Shown: positions 16,544 through 26,071, counted from the first letter of the stretch. The stretch is DNA of 27,759 nt from Candidatus Micrarchaeia archaeon (GCA_049970015.1 JBMFNT010000008.1:1-27759); one strand, 5' to 3'. Notes: a model not told the origin generated them from the letters alone. Translations and numbers: made by a program.

Positions 16544-17932
16544 TTACACCGAACCGATTTTCTCAAGCAAAGCATTTAACACTGCTTTCTTGAACCCTTT
16601 TCTGAATCTGATTGCAGCAGCGCCCGGGTGCCCGCCACCAGATATTATATATCCCTCATACATACCCTTTATTTCTTGTATTATGCTATTAGCATTGAAC
16701 CCTTTCTCGAGCGTCATTCTGTTTGCACGAAGCATTGCTGAATCTGTACCATACCCAATCGTTACTACTGGCCCAGCTTTAATCCCTACAAAAGTATCAT
16801 GTACTTTTCCAGTCACCTTACCCTTGTTTGGGAAACTTCCCTTCTCAGCAACCTTGTCAACGTTTACGAGCACCACAGTTATGCCATTCCCAAGCTCTTT
16901 CGTTTTTGCAATTTTTACTGCAGCATTGAGCGCGTCCTCAATCCTATTGCTTGCGCTTATGTATATCTCATGTAACATTTCCTTATTATCCATAAGTTCG
17001 TTCGTAAAACTTATGCTATGCCTTTCTTTTCTGGCAGTTGTTGCAATATAATCCAGCACAAGCCCAATCTCTTCAATTTCAGTACTGTGTTCATACTCAA
17101 GCGTGCTTTTATCACAGTACAATGATGCCTTCCACATGTTTCCGTAATCGCAATCACACACCCTTCTCGCAATCTCATAACATAAGAGCCCGGTTGTATA
17201 TTCATACCCCAATCCGTGCCATACAGGCGTTACCACAAGTTCACTACCCCTCTTCCTTTCGCTAAGATGGTGGTCTATTATTGCAATAGACTCAGAATTC
17301 ATCCTAAGTATCTCCAATCCCTCTCTGCTTTCATTATTATTCCCAAAATCCAGGAATATATAATGTGTATCATGACCGTAATGCATTGAATCCCTCAATC
17401 CATCCTCAACACGATAGACTGGTGAATCTGCAGGCGCAAATGTGCACCCTTCCACACCCAGGCACTTGAACATTCTGTAGATTATGAGTGCACTGCTGAG
17501 CCCATCAGCATCGCAGTCATACTTTACAACTATTTTTTTCCCACTATTCCCTACCTTTATAAGATGCCCAGCCATTCTTTCAACATCTTCACGCATTATC
17601 TCCATTTCCGTATATAAGAAATCAACCTTCTTCACCACAGCATTTTTCTCTACCACTTTCTCATCAGTATACTCAAAACTATCAACACCTATCTGTGCAG
17701 AATCCCTTCTTCTGTAAACCCTCCCTCTGACAAAAACAAACCTTCCCTCCTCAACATGTTCTCTACTGACCGCGGTTATCATACCGCTAGCATCTTTGAG
17801 CAGAACAATCCAAAACTCACCGCTTGGACGCACTCCCACAACCCTACAGTGCAACTCAACCTTCTTATCATCAAGCCCAAGCGCATCTTTCACACACACT
17901 CTTGTATACTCAGAATATTCTTGCCTTTCCAT
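16544..17932 (-). CDS. RecJ-like DHH/DHHA1 phosphoesterase with N-terminal OB fold
   Basis: DADG, LDFG, IIDHH, GGGHPGAA motifs; N-terminal OB-like beta pattern. Confidence 0.85.
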   Translation of the reverse strand: MERQEYSEYTRVCVKDALGLDDKKVELHCRVVGVRPSGEFWIVLLKDASGMITAVSREHVEEGRFVFVRGRVYRRRDSAQIGVDSFEYTDEKVVEKNAVVKKVDFLYTEMEIMREDVERMAGHLIKVGNSGKKIVVKYDCDADGLSSALIIYRMFKCLGVEGCTFAPADSPVYRVEDGLRDSMHYGHDTHYIFLDFGNNNESREGLEILRMNSESIAIIDHHLSERKRGSELVVTPVWHGLGYEYTTGLLCYEIARRVCDCDYGNMWKASLYCDKSTLEYEHSTEIEEIGLVLDYIATTARKERHSISFTNELMDNKEMLHEIYISASNRIEDALNAAVKIAKTKELGNGITVVLVNVDKVAEKGSFPNKGKVTGKVHDTFVGIKAGPVVTIGYGTDSAMLRANRMTLEKGFNANSIIQEIKGMYEGYIISGGGHPGAAAIRFRKGFKKAVLNALLEKIGSV

Positions 17933-19106
17933 ATAGTATCCTCTCAGTAATTTCGGTTATATTTTCAAGCCATCCCTCAACCAGATACTGCAGTTTAGGC
18001 CTAACATCATCAAGTGAATATCCTTTGCTCATCACAACCTCAAGCTCGGCACTCTTCGGCTCGTTTATGGGCCGGCCGATCTGTGAGAGTATTGTAAATG
18101 ATGCAGAATCAATCGAATCAAACTGCGCAACGATGTCCTTGCATATCTCGCATGAGAGCACATTATATATCTTGCCCACATGGTTGACTGGGTTCTTACC
18201 CGCAACCGCCTCGATCGATGTCTTTCTGTAGGGTGTTATAAGCCCGCTGGCCCTGTTCCCCCTACCAACCTCACCATCATCCCCATTCTCCATGCTCAGT
18301 CCTGTCTTTGTTATGTATACCGAACCTGTCTTATAATCATCTGCTGTGTTTATGAAAATCTCAACCTCACCATCATACATTTTTGATATGAACTTTGCAA
18401 TATCATCCTGCACAATACCTTTCTTTTCAGCATAATCTTTCAAGTCATTCACATGTTTTGATACGAGTGCCATGGCAACAGTTATCTTAATCTTATTTCC
18501 TTCACGCAACCCCATCACTTTTATATCCTCTCCTACATACGACCTATTTCTTTTATATTGTTCAGAGTTCAGGTACTGTTCAGTCTCAAGCACAATGCTC
18601 TCAAGCGTGCTGTATGGCGCAAACCCCGTACCAAAACTAGTATCATTCGCTAGTGGTATCTCTCCCTTCCTTTTAAACAAGTCAACCAGGTCAACAGAGC
18701 CGCACCGTATCCGTGGTAGTAAAACAACCTCTTCATCAACATTCAGGTTCCTAAAATTCTTCTGAAGGTAATTACGTGCAGTATCCATTGCAATGCCTTC
18801 CACATTAATGACTTGTTTTTCAACCTCATAAACAGCCCTCCCAGCCATGTAAATCTCAATCGGGCGCTCAACCACCCCACCGCCAAATTCAACCTTTGCC
18901 TCACCACCCACCACAAGCCCCTTATCAACATTGTGATGCATTATTACTCCAAACTCCTCCAAGTATTTTTTGCACAGGTTCTTGCTTATCTCTTCCATTA
19001 TACCATCTATAACAGAATCTGGGTGTCCCAACCCTTTTCTTTCAACAAGCTCAACATAATCATTCTCCACACTTCCATCAACGGCCTTATAATGCACATT
19101 TGCCAT
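17910..19106 (-). CDS. mat: Archaeal S-adenosylmethionine synthetase
   Basis: VERKGLGHPD, HHNVDK, ANDTSFG, GEDIKVMGLR, GRGNR, AGKNPVNHVGKIYN; SD AAGGTG before ATG 19106. Confidence 0.96.
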   Translation of the reverse strand: MANVHYKAVDGSVENDYVELVERKGLGHPDSVIDGIMEEISKNLCKKYLEEFGVIMHHNVDKGLVVGGEAKVEFGGGVVERPIEIYMAGRAVYEVEKQVINVEGIAMDTARNYLQKNFRNLNVDEEVVLLPRIRCGSVDLVDLFKRKGEIPLANDTSFGTGFAPYSTLESIVLETEQYLNSEQYKRNRSYVGEDIKVMGLREGNKIKITVAMALVSKHVNDLKDYAEKKGIVQDDIAKFISKMYDGEVEIFINTADDYKTGSVYITKTGLSMENGDDGEVGRGNRASGLITPYRKTSIEAVAGKNPVNHVGKIYNVLSCEICKDIVAQFDSIDSASFTILSQIGRPINEPKSAELEVVMSKGYSLDDVRPKLQYLVEGWLENITEITERILYGKARIF

Positions 19107-19140
19107 GTTTAACACCTTATGTCCCTGCCAAATCAGCCAA

Positions 19141-20757
19141 TCAGATTATCCAGAGTGCAAAGTTGCGCCATATAAAGTTGAACGCCTTGTTCCACCACTC
19201 ATTTCTTCTCTTTATCACATCAAGCAAATCCTTGAACTGCTGTTGCTCCTCCGGCCCAAGCTTACTCTCTTTCTCGCGTACATGCTTCTTCCCATCTATG
19301 ATTTCAACCTCTTTTTGTTTTCCAATCTCCTTGTTTGCCGCAGCATACCACGGTGGCAGTGTAGACTTACTCTTACGTATGACCGTTAAAATGTCCTTCA
19401 TGAGCACGGGCCTTTCCTTTCCTGTCATAAACGCTTCTTTCCAAGGTATTGCAGCAGCATCATCACATATCTGCTTTATATCAGCTGAGGAATATCCAGC
19501 GGTTGCACGTGCCAGCCTTCCATATGCAATCCCTTTTCCGAGAGGCCTCTTTGAAAGATATATCCTGAAAAGCTCGGCACGCGATTTTTCATCTGGCTCA
19601 GGTATGTATATCATCTTACTGAACCTCCCCGACCTCCTTAATGCAGTATCTACCGCCCACGGGGCATTCGTTGCACCAAGCACGAGCACATTTTCATTAT
19701 GCGCTTCAACACCATCCATCTCATACAGGAGCTGGTTGATGGCAGACCTTGTGGCACTCTGGTCCATCTTCTCCCTCCTGCCTCCCAATGCCTCAAGCTC
19801 ATCTATAAACAGGATTGATGGCGAATTCTTTCTTGCGGCCTCAAACACCTTATGTATATTCTTTTCTGTATTACCTACATACATATCCAGCAAATCACTC
19901 AGCTTTGCGTTTATGAATGCCACCCCGCTTTCGCCAGCAGCAGCCTTAACAATGAATGTCTTACCACACCCGGGCGGCCCATACAGCAGTATACCTCCTC
20001 CACCGAGCTTCCCATACTTGCGCGCAAGTTCAGGGTTCTGTAATGGCCGTATTATGTAATCCAAGAACATTTCCTTTACATTCTTCATGCCTGCAACACT
20101 ATTGAAGTTTACGCTCGGCCTCTGCACAAGCTTGACAGTATCCACTTTGCTCTCACCTTCTCCACCACCTTCCTTCTTGTTCTTTACAGATTCAAGATGG
20201 CTTGCAGCCTCTTCAAGGTCAGGGTTTAGGTCGAGCGCTTTCTCATAGTTCTCTATTGCCTTATCATAGTTCTCCAAGTACTCGTACGCAAGCCCCCTTA
20301 CATAATATGCCTCTGCAAAGTCAGGGTCAAGCTCTATGACCTTGGTGAAATCCTCAATAGCCTTATCATAATCCTCAAGCACAGCATATGCAAGTCCCCT
20401 GTTGTAGTATGCTTTCAAGTAGTTTGGGTTGAGCATAACTGCCTTGTCATAATCGATGATGGCCTTGTCATACTCCTGTTTTCTGTAATATGTATCTCCA
20501 CGGTTGTTATATATTACGGGATTGTCAGGGTCAAGCTCTGCGGCCTTTGTGTAATCCTTTATCGACCTGTCATAATCTTTCTTATTATAGTAGCAGAGGC
20601 CCCTGTTGAAATATGCCTCTGGAAAGTTTGGGTTTAGGATTATTGCAGTGTTGTAATTTTCTATAGCTTTATCATAATTACCTTTTTCATAGTATTCATT
20701 TCCTCTATAATAGTACTCTTTTGGGTCAGTCTCATGTGAAGACATGCAATCAACCAT
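19141..20757 (-). CDS. TPR-domain AAA+ ATPase (5 TPR + single classic-clade AAA)
   Basis: Five 34-aa TPRs; GPPGCGKT, ILFIDE, ATNAPWAVDTALRRSGRF, GYSSADI. Confidence 0.9.
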   Translation of the reverse strand: MVDCMSSHETDPKEYYYRGNEYYEKGNYDKAIENYNTAIILNPNFPEAYFNRGLCYYNKKDYDRSIKDYTKAAELDPDNPVIYNNRGDTYYRKQEYDKAIIDYDKAVMLNPNYLKAYYNRGLAYAVLEDYDKAIEDFTKVIELDPDFAEAYYVRGLAYEYLENYDKAIENYEKALDLNPDLEEAASHLESVKNKKEGGGEGESKVDTVKLVQRPSVNFNSVAGMKNVKEMFLDYIIRPLQNPELARKYGKLGGGGILLYGPPGCGKTFIVKAAAGESGVAFINAKLSDLLDMYVGNTEKNIHKVFEAARKNSPSILFIDELEALGGRREKMDQSATRSAINQLLYEMDGVEAHNENVLVLGATNAPWAVDTALRRSGRFSKMIYIPEPDEKSRAELFRIYLSKRPLGKGIAYGRLARATAGYSSADIKQICDDAAAIPWKEAFMTGKERPVLMKDILTVIRKSKSTLPPWYAAANKEIGKQKEVEIIDGKKHVREKESKLGPEEQQQFKDLLDVIKRRNEWWNKAFNFIWRNFALWII

Positions 20758-20812
20758 AGATAGTAGCTGATTAATATAACGGGATATTTTTATTAATGTT
20801 ATAGGGGTAATT

Positions 20813-22666
20813 GTGGCTATGATAACACTTGCGCTGCATGTTGATTACGTACGCATAAAACCAGTTGAAAAGGCTATTGCCAATGCAGAAAAACTAAGTG
20901 ACGAGCTTGCACAAATAAATGCAGAGGATGCATTAGTTGCATTCCTTGCAATTGAAGAAACTGATACAAAAAATACTGGTGGCCAGATGGCGGAGCTGAT
21001 AGAAGACCATGCCAAGAAAGTAGGTGCCAAAACAATAGTTGTATATCCATATGTACACCTGACAGATAAGCCTGCCGAGCCATCCAAGGCATATTCGCTT
21101 ACGAAAGAGGTTGAAGACAGGGTACGCAGGGACGGGTTCAGCACGCGCAGGGCACCGTTCGGGTGGTATAAATCTTTTGAGCTTCGCGTGAAAGGACATC
21201 CTCTCAGTGAGCTCTCAAAACGCATCTCAGGTGAAGGTGCAGAAGAGATAGTCTCAGCATCACTGAAACAGGAGAGTGAGACGAAGAGTGAGTTTTACAT
21301 AATGACACCTGATGGCAGGCTTACCCCGGTACGTGAGTTTGATTTCTCAAGGTACAGAGATCTTGAAACGTTCGCAAACTATGAGATCAAGAAGAGCCGT
21401 GCGTATGAGGCAGAGCCCGAGCACATCCGGCTCATACATGAGCATGAGATTGCACAGCCCGAGCCTGGTAGTGATATTGGCAACCTTAAATGGCTTCCGA
21501 AAGGTAGGCTCATCAAAAAGCTGATTGAGAGGTATATAAGCGATGTATGTATAAATGCAGGTGCAGTGGAGGTTGAGACACCACTCATGTATGATTTTCA
21601 GCACCCTGCGCTTGAAAAGTATCTTAATAGGTTTCCTGCACGCCAGTATATCGTCCTCTCAGACAAGAAAAAGCTTTTTCTTAGGTTTGCCGCGTGCTTT
21701 GGCCAGTTCCTCATAGCAAGCTCATCACAGCTCTCCTACCGGAACCTCCCGCTCAAGATGTATGAACTTACAAGGTACAGTTTCAGGAGGGAGCAAAGCG
21801 GTGAGGTTGCTGGCCTGCGCAGGCTGCGTGCATTCACAATGCCAGATATGCATACACTTACTGCAGACCTTGACTCTGCAAAAGAGGAGTTTGCAAGGCA
21901 GTTTGAGCTTTGCCAATCTTTCATGTCATCACTTGAGGTTGATTATGTAGTGGCTTTTAGGATACTGCGCGAGTGGTATGACCAAAACAAAGAGTGGTAT
22001 AAGGAATTTGCTAAGAAAGTTGGCAAGCCAATGCTCATAGAAATGTTTGATAAGAGGTACGCATATTTTATGACAAAGTTTGAGTTCAATTTTGTTGACA
22101 GCCTGGGAAAATGCAGTGCACTCTCGACTGTGCAGATTGATGTTGAGAATGCTGAAAGGTTTGGCATAAGCTATGTTGCGCCCGATGGAAGTAAAAAGAT
22201 GCCGTACATACTACATGCAAGCATCTCCGGGGCTGTTGAACGTGATATATACGCCATACTCGAAAAGCAGGGAATGGTCCGCTCAAAGGGGGGAGTGCCG
22301 CAGTATCCGTTATGGCTTGCACCCACACAGGTACGTGTGATTCCTGTTTCTATGGAACAATTGGATTATGCACGTGCACTGGTGCACAGCATGCGTGGAA
22401 AGGTGCGTGCAGACTTGGATGACAGGAATGAAAGCCTGGCAAAGCGCGTGCGTGAGGCCGAGAAAGAATGGGTACCTTATATTGTAGTTGTGGGCAGGGA
22501 AGAGGCAGCAAAAGGGATGCTAACTGTAAGAAAGCGCGGTGACACTGGGCAGTACAAGATGCATCCGGAAGAGCTCATAACCGAGATTCGCGAGAAGATT
22601 GTGCAGTACCCATTTGAGGAACTTTCACTGCCACGTGAGCTTAGCAGAAGATTTTCTTTCATATAG
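20813..22666 (+). CDS. thrS: Threonyl-tRNA synthetase, archaeal type with N-terminal editing domain
   Basis: YPYVHL, APFGWYKSF, GHPLSELS, LRFAACFG, FRREQSGE, RLRAFTMPDMH, LHASISGAVER; alternative start ATG 20819. Confidence 0.97.
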   Translation: MAMITLALHVDYVRIKPVEKAIANAEKLSDELAQINAEDALVAFLAIEETDTKNTGGQMAELIEDHAKKVGAKTIVVYPYVHLTDKPAEPSKAYSLTKEVEDRVRRDGFSTRRAPFGWYKSFELRVKGHPLSELSKRISGEGAEEIVSASLKQESETKSEFYIMTPDGRLTPVREFDFSRYRDLETFANYEIKKSRAYEAEPEHIRLIHEHEIAQPEPGSDIGNLKWLPKGRLIKKLIERYISDVCINAGAVEVETPLMYDFQHPALEKYLNRFPARQYIVLSDKKKLFLRFAACFGQFLIASSSQLSYRNLPLKMYELTRYSFRREQSGEVAGLRRLRAFTMPDMHTLTADLDSAKEEFARQFELCQSFMSSLEVDYVVAFRILREWYDQNKEWYKEFAKKVGKPMLIEMFDKRYAYFMTKFEFNFVDSLGKCSALSTVQIDVENAERFGISYVAPDGSKKMPYILHASISGAVERDIYAILEKQGMVRSKGGVPQYPLWLAPTQVRVIPVSMEQLDYARALVHSMRGKVRADLDDRNESLAKRVREAEKEWVPYIVVVGREEAAKGMLTVRKRGDTGQYKMHPEELITEIREKIVQYPFEELSLPRELSRRFSFI

Positions 22667-22683
22667 CAACCTCTGAAAAGATT

Positions 22684-23088
22684 ATGTGGGTTCCTATGGT
22701 ATGCATAAAAGGCAGATCCTATTTAGTCACGCCATTGTTTCTGTTATTCTTACCTATCGTTTATTTCTTTTCACCATGCAATGGCCAAAGAAAGAGTATA
22801 ACTGTAAATGGAAGATTGCTAAGTGTGTACATCGCAGACAATTTCTTCTCACGTGCAATTGGTTATATGTTCCGCGACCCTAAAGATATCCCGGATGATG
22901 AGGGGATCCTTTTCGTTTATGACAAACCTGTGCAGGCCTCTTTCTGGATGCTTGATGTGCATTTTCCTATAGACCTTTATGTGCTTGATGACAGGTTTAG
23001 GCCGGTAGCAAAGACACGGCTTGAAAAACATTCTACAAAAATCCAGAGACAGATGGGTAGGCTATTTCTTGAGGTTAAATCCCAGTAA
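22684..23088 (+). CDS. DUF192 family protein
   Basis: IADNFFSRAIGYMFR, GILFVY, FWMLDVHFPID, LEV motifs. Confidence 0.85.
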   Translation: MWVPMVCIKGRSYLVTPLFLLFLPIVYFFSPCNGQRKSITVNGRLLSVYIADNFFSRAIGYMFRDPKDIPDDEGILFVYDKPVQASFWMLDVHFPIDLYVLDDRFRPVAKTRLEKHSTKIQRQMGRLFLEVKSQ

Positions 23089-23095
23089 TCTTTTC

Positions 23096-24292
23096 TTACT
23101 TCTTCCCGAATACTATCTCTATAACATCCCTGTTTTTTAGGATGTAATCAGCACCCACAGCTCTTTTGGTTCTGACATCGATTGCACGTATGAAATTCTT
23201 TGCCATATCCTTGTGTATTCTTGCAGCAAAATCAAGTGCAGTGCTTCCTGGAGGCATTAAAAATACATCTGGTAATATATTACCTTCACTGTCAGCAAGC
23301 CTGTTAACTCCACCAGGAAACACCGCAACATACTTGAGGAGCTCAAAAACAGCATGGTTCAGGCATTTCTGAACACCCGTACTTCCATACTTCTCAATAA
23401 CATTATGCCTGATGAATTCCAGGGCAGCTCTCTGTTTATCATCAAGCTCATTTATTACCCTAAACTCAGAATCTCCAGGGATATACTCAATGTATCCCTT
23501 TTTTGCAGCCTCTTTCAATGCAAGCTCACTTTCCGCAGACACGGGTACAATTACATAATCCGGAAATTCCTTTCGCATCCGTTCAATATTCTTCTCTGCA
23601 ATCCTAACATCACACTTGTTTGCAGCTATGAGTATGGGCTTGCTAGTTTTTCTTATCTCCCTGCAAAACCCGAACACATCTTCCTTGTTCCATTCAGATA
23701 GCTTTTCTTCAGCAATGCCAATTTTCTTGAGCACATTTTCTATGTGCCACAGCCTGACACCAAGCCCGCTTAGCTGTTCGCATAACAGTTCACTACTTTT
23801 CCTGTTTGCGCTTGCCTGCAATCTGCACATCTTATCCCAGCTCTTGTCAACAATCCCACATATCCAGTAATCAACCTCATCCTCAAGAAACCTAATGTCA
23901 TTCAGTGGGTCATAGTTTCCTACACCTACACTTTCTCCCATCTCATTAGTGCTTCCGCTTGCATCAACAATGTGTATTAATGCATCCGCCTGTCTCAAGT
24001 CATCAAGAAACCTGTTGCCCAGCCCTTTACCCTCGTGAGCGCCGGGCACTAGCCCGGCAACATCAAGAAGCTCAACAGGTACAAACCTTCTAGAATTTAT
24101 GCAGTAACCATGTCTCGGGTTACACTTTACTCCAAACTCTTTGTCAACACACTCAACCTCAACATACCCAACAGCATGATTTGGTTTTATTGTAGTAAAA
24201 GGCCGTGGCGAGCGTGGCACCGCAACACTTGTGGCAGCCATGAAAAAAGTGCTCTTTCCAGTTGAAGGTTTTCCAACAATACCTATGAGCAT
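23096..24292 (-). CDS. ychF: Archaeal OBG-family NTPase (YchF/Ygr210-like) with TGS domain
   Basis: GKPSTGKST, PFTTI, DVAGLVPGAHEGKGLGNRFLDDL, NKCD, C-terminal TGS; SD AAGGAG. Confidence 0.93.
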   Translation of the reverse strand: MLIGIVGKPSTGKSTFFMAATSVAVPRSPRPFTTIKPNHAVGYVEVECVDKEFGVKCNPRHGYCINSRRFVPVELLDVAGLVPGAHEGKGLGNRFLDDLRQADALIHIVDASGSTNEMGESVGVGNYDPLNDIRFLEDEVDYWICGIVDKSWDKMCRLQASANRKSSELLCEQLSGLGVRLWHIENVLKKIGIAEEKLSEWNKEDVFGFCREIRKTSKPILIAANKCDVRIAEKNIERMRKEFPDYVIVPVSAESELALKEAAKKGYIEYIPGDSEFRVINELDDKQRAALEFIRHNVIEKYGSTGVQKCLNHAVFELLKYVAVFPGGVNRLADSEGNILPDVFLMPPGSTALDFAARIHKDMAKNFIRAIDVRTKRAVGADYILKNRDVIEIVFGKK

Positions 24293-24312
24293 ACTAATCT
24301 CCTTAACAAAAC

Positions 24313-24445
24313 ATTTTCCACCATCACTTACCTGAACAACCCAACATTCTTTTCCTTGGCCTTAGCATACGTACCCATTTGTTATTTTCCATCATCACTT
24401 ACCTGAACAACCCAACATTCTTTTCCTTGGCCTTTCCATACAGTA
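24313..24445. repeat. 71-bp-period duplication of the TPR gene 3' end
   Basis: 24313-24363 vs 24384-24434: 50/51 identical, with degenerate similarity for about 10 bp more. Confidence 0.93.
24328..24378 (-). CDS. Putative 16-aa mini-ORF, a copy of the TPR protein C-terminus
   Basis: ATG GGT ACG TAT GCT AAG GCC AAG GAA AAG AAT GTT GGG TTG TTC AGG TAA = MGTYAKAKEKNVGLFR; expression unknown. Confidence 0.2.
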   Translation of the reverse strand: MGTYAKAKEKNVGLFR

Positions 24446-25457
24446 TAGAAAGCACAGTTTCTTTTCTTTCGATTGCCTCCTCATTCATCGGGTTGAGCAG
24501 GAGCGCCTTCTCGTACATCTTCAGCGCAATTTCTAGTCCATCAATGCGCGCAACTATATCCCCTTTTCTTATATAGTATGCATCCTTGTACGGATCGATT
24601 TTTATTGCCATATCAATATTCTTCAATGCTTTCTCTAAATCCCCAATATTCATATACCCTACGGCAAGGTCTGCATATATGTTTGGGTCATCACTCCTTT
24701 CATTGAGCAATTCCTCAAATATCTTGATAGCTTCCTTGAACTTGTGTAGGTCCATGTATGCGAATGCCAACACCTTTAGCATTTTTTCATTTATTTTGCC
24801 TGTTTCTTTTGCCTCACCAGCAAGCTCGATCGCTTTATGTGGCAACCCAAGTTTTCGGTACAGCACACACCCCGTCTCGTAATACTCGGCATCCCTCTTC
24901 TCATCAATGGCCTCAAACAATTCTTTTGCAATAAGTAAGTGTTCATCTTTAATGCTTGCACGCACACAGTCAAGCATGAAATTATACTTATCACCATCTT
25001 TCTTTAATTGGATCAAGCGGAGTAGGTTTTTCTTGCGTTCAAGCATTCCAGTGTCTACACCATTAAAATCAGCAGATTCAAGTATATTTAGTGCTTTCTC
25101 ATAATTGCCGAGCGATGCATTTACATCTATCAATCCCTTTATAACATTTATGTCTTTTGGATCAATCTCCTGCGCTTTCATTATATCCTCAAGTGCACCT
25201 TTCTTATCATCTACCTTGAACCTGAAAACACTTCTTTTCATGTACAGCGGCTTGCTCGGCCCATACTTAAGGAGTGCATTATCAAGCACGCTTACAGCTT
25301 TCTCAAACTCCCCCTTATCAGCATACAATTCTGCGCGCACAATCTCTATTTCACCGCTACTTATACCACCCTCATTTATCAGGGCCAGTGCATCATCAAA
25401 CTTTCTCTCCTTTCTCAGTAGCGCAACCTTCTCAAGAACCTCTTTTACATTAGCCAT
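24399..25457 (-). CDS. Tetratricopeptide repeat protein
   Basis: Multiple TPR-like units, e.g. IYADLAVGYMNIGDLEKALKNIDMAIKIDPY. Confidence 0.85.
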   Translation of the reverse strand: MANVKEVLEKVALLRKERKFDDALALINEGGISSGEIEIVRAELYADKGEFEKAVSVLDNALLKYGPSKPLYMKRSVFRFKVDDKKGALEDIMKAQEIDPKDINVIKGLIDVNASLGNYEKALNILESADFNGVDTGMLERKKNLLRLIQLKKDGDKYNFMLDCVRASIKDEHLLIAKELFEAIDEKRDAEYYETGCVLYRKLGLPHKAIELAGEAKETGKINEKMLKVLAFAYMDLHKFKEAIKIFEELLNERSDDPNIYADLAVGYMNIGDLEKALKNIDMAIKIDPYKDAYYIRKGDIVARIDGLEIALKMYEKALLLNPMNEEAIERKETVLSILYGKAKEKNVGLFR

Positions 25458-25507
25458 AAAGATGACTTAAAAAGCGAATAAATAAAAAATAAACATGTGC
25501 TTGCCTT

Positions 25508-26071
25508 TCAGCCCGGGAACTCACAAATCTTTCCTGGAGTTTCAAACACAGATGCATCAACAGTCCATGGGGCACAGCTTATTTTATAGTTTGGCATGTT
25601 TGAGTATTGATACATTGTATCCTCAAAGTTTTCTACGGTTAAATCGCTAGTGCTAGCACTACCAGGTTTTGCGATATATTTCATCCAGCTACACTCTGGG
25701 AATGCCTGTGCCATATACTCATCAACTTTAGTGTAAACCTCCTTGCCTTTAACGATGTTCGTCACCTTTGTACCCTCTGCTTCAGATTCAACCCTAATTC
25801 TATCTATCCCATTGTAGTAATACACAATTTTTGTGGGAGGATCAATTGTTTCTATGGTACACTTAACCGGCCCTGCAACCATGCCTGTAACCCCATCACC
25901 AGTTTTTCCCTGTTCCTCACCAACTTGTGTTTTACCTTCCTTTACACTACCTTCCTGTACTTCTTCTGTGGATTTCTCTCCCGGCTGCCCATCTACTTTT
26001 GGCTGTTGTATACAACCAAAAAGCAGTATGAATACTGCAAGAACCCCAAACAAAACAAGTTTATTGTACAT
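25508..26071 (-). CDS. Putative lipoprotein (LolA/DUF4412-like fold suspected)
   Basis: Lipobox-like ILLFGC after ATG 26071, low-complexity linker, beta-rich domain ending VDASVFETP. Confidence 0.7.
   Translation of the reverse strand: MYNKLVLFGVLAVFILLFGCIQQPKVDGQPGEKSTEEVQEGSVKEGKTQVGEEQGKTGDGVTGMVAGPVKCTIETIDPPTKIVYYYNGIDRIRVESEAEGTKVTNIVKGKEVYTKVDEYMAQAFPECSWMKYIAKPGSASTSDLTVENFEDTMYQYSNMPNYKISCAPWTVDASVFETPGKICEFPG

Noticed and set aside
19127..19144. GCCAAATCA-GCCAATCA near-duplication at the AAA gene stop
   Set aside because: Fits the stop-spanning pattern but is too short and imperfect to distinguish from chance
19100..20059. 319-aa plus-strand ORF (and the many other antisense ORFs in the track)
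   Set aside because: Overlaps the well-supported AAA ATPase on the opposite strand; no motifs
20320..20539. 16-bp direct repeat GTCAGGGTCAAGCTCT, 204 bp apart
   Set aside because: Encodes ELDPD in TPR units two repeats apart; explained by protein repeats
11222..24445. Duplicated tails as diversity-generating retroelement TR/VR pairs
   Set aside because: Differences are not adenine-specific (G/T, C/T, G/C changes and indels occur) and no reverse transcriptase is present in the window
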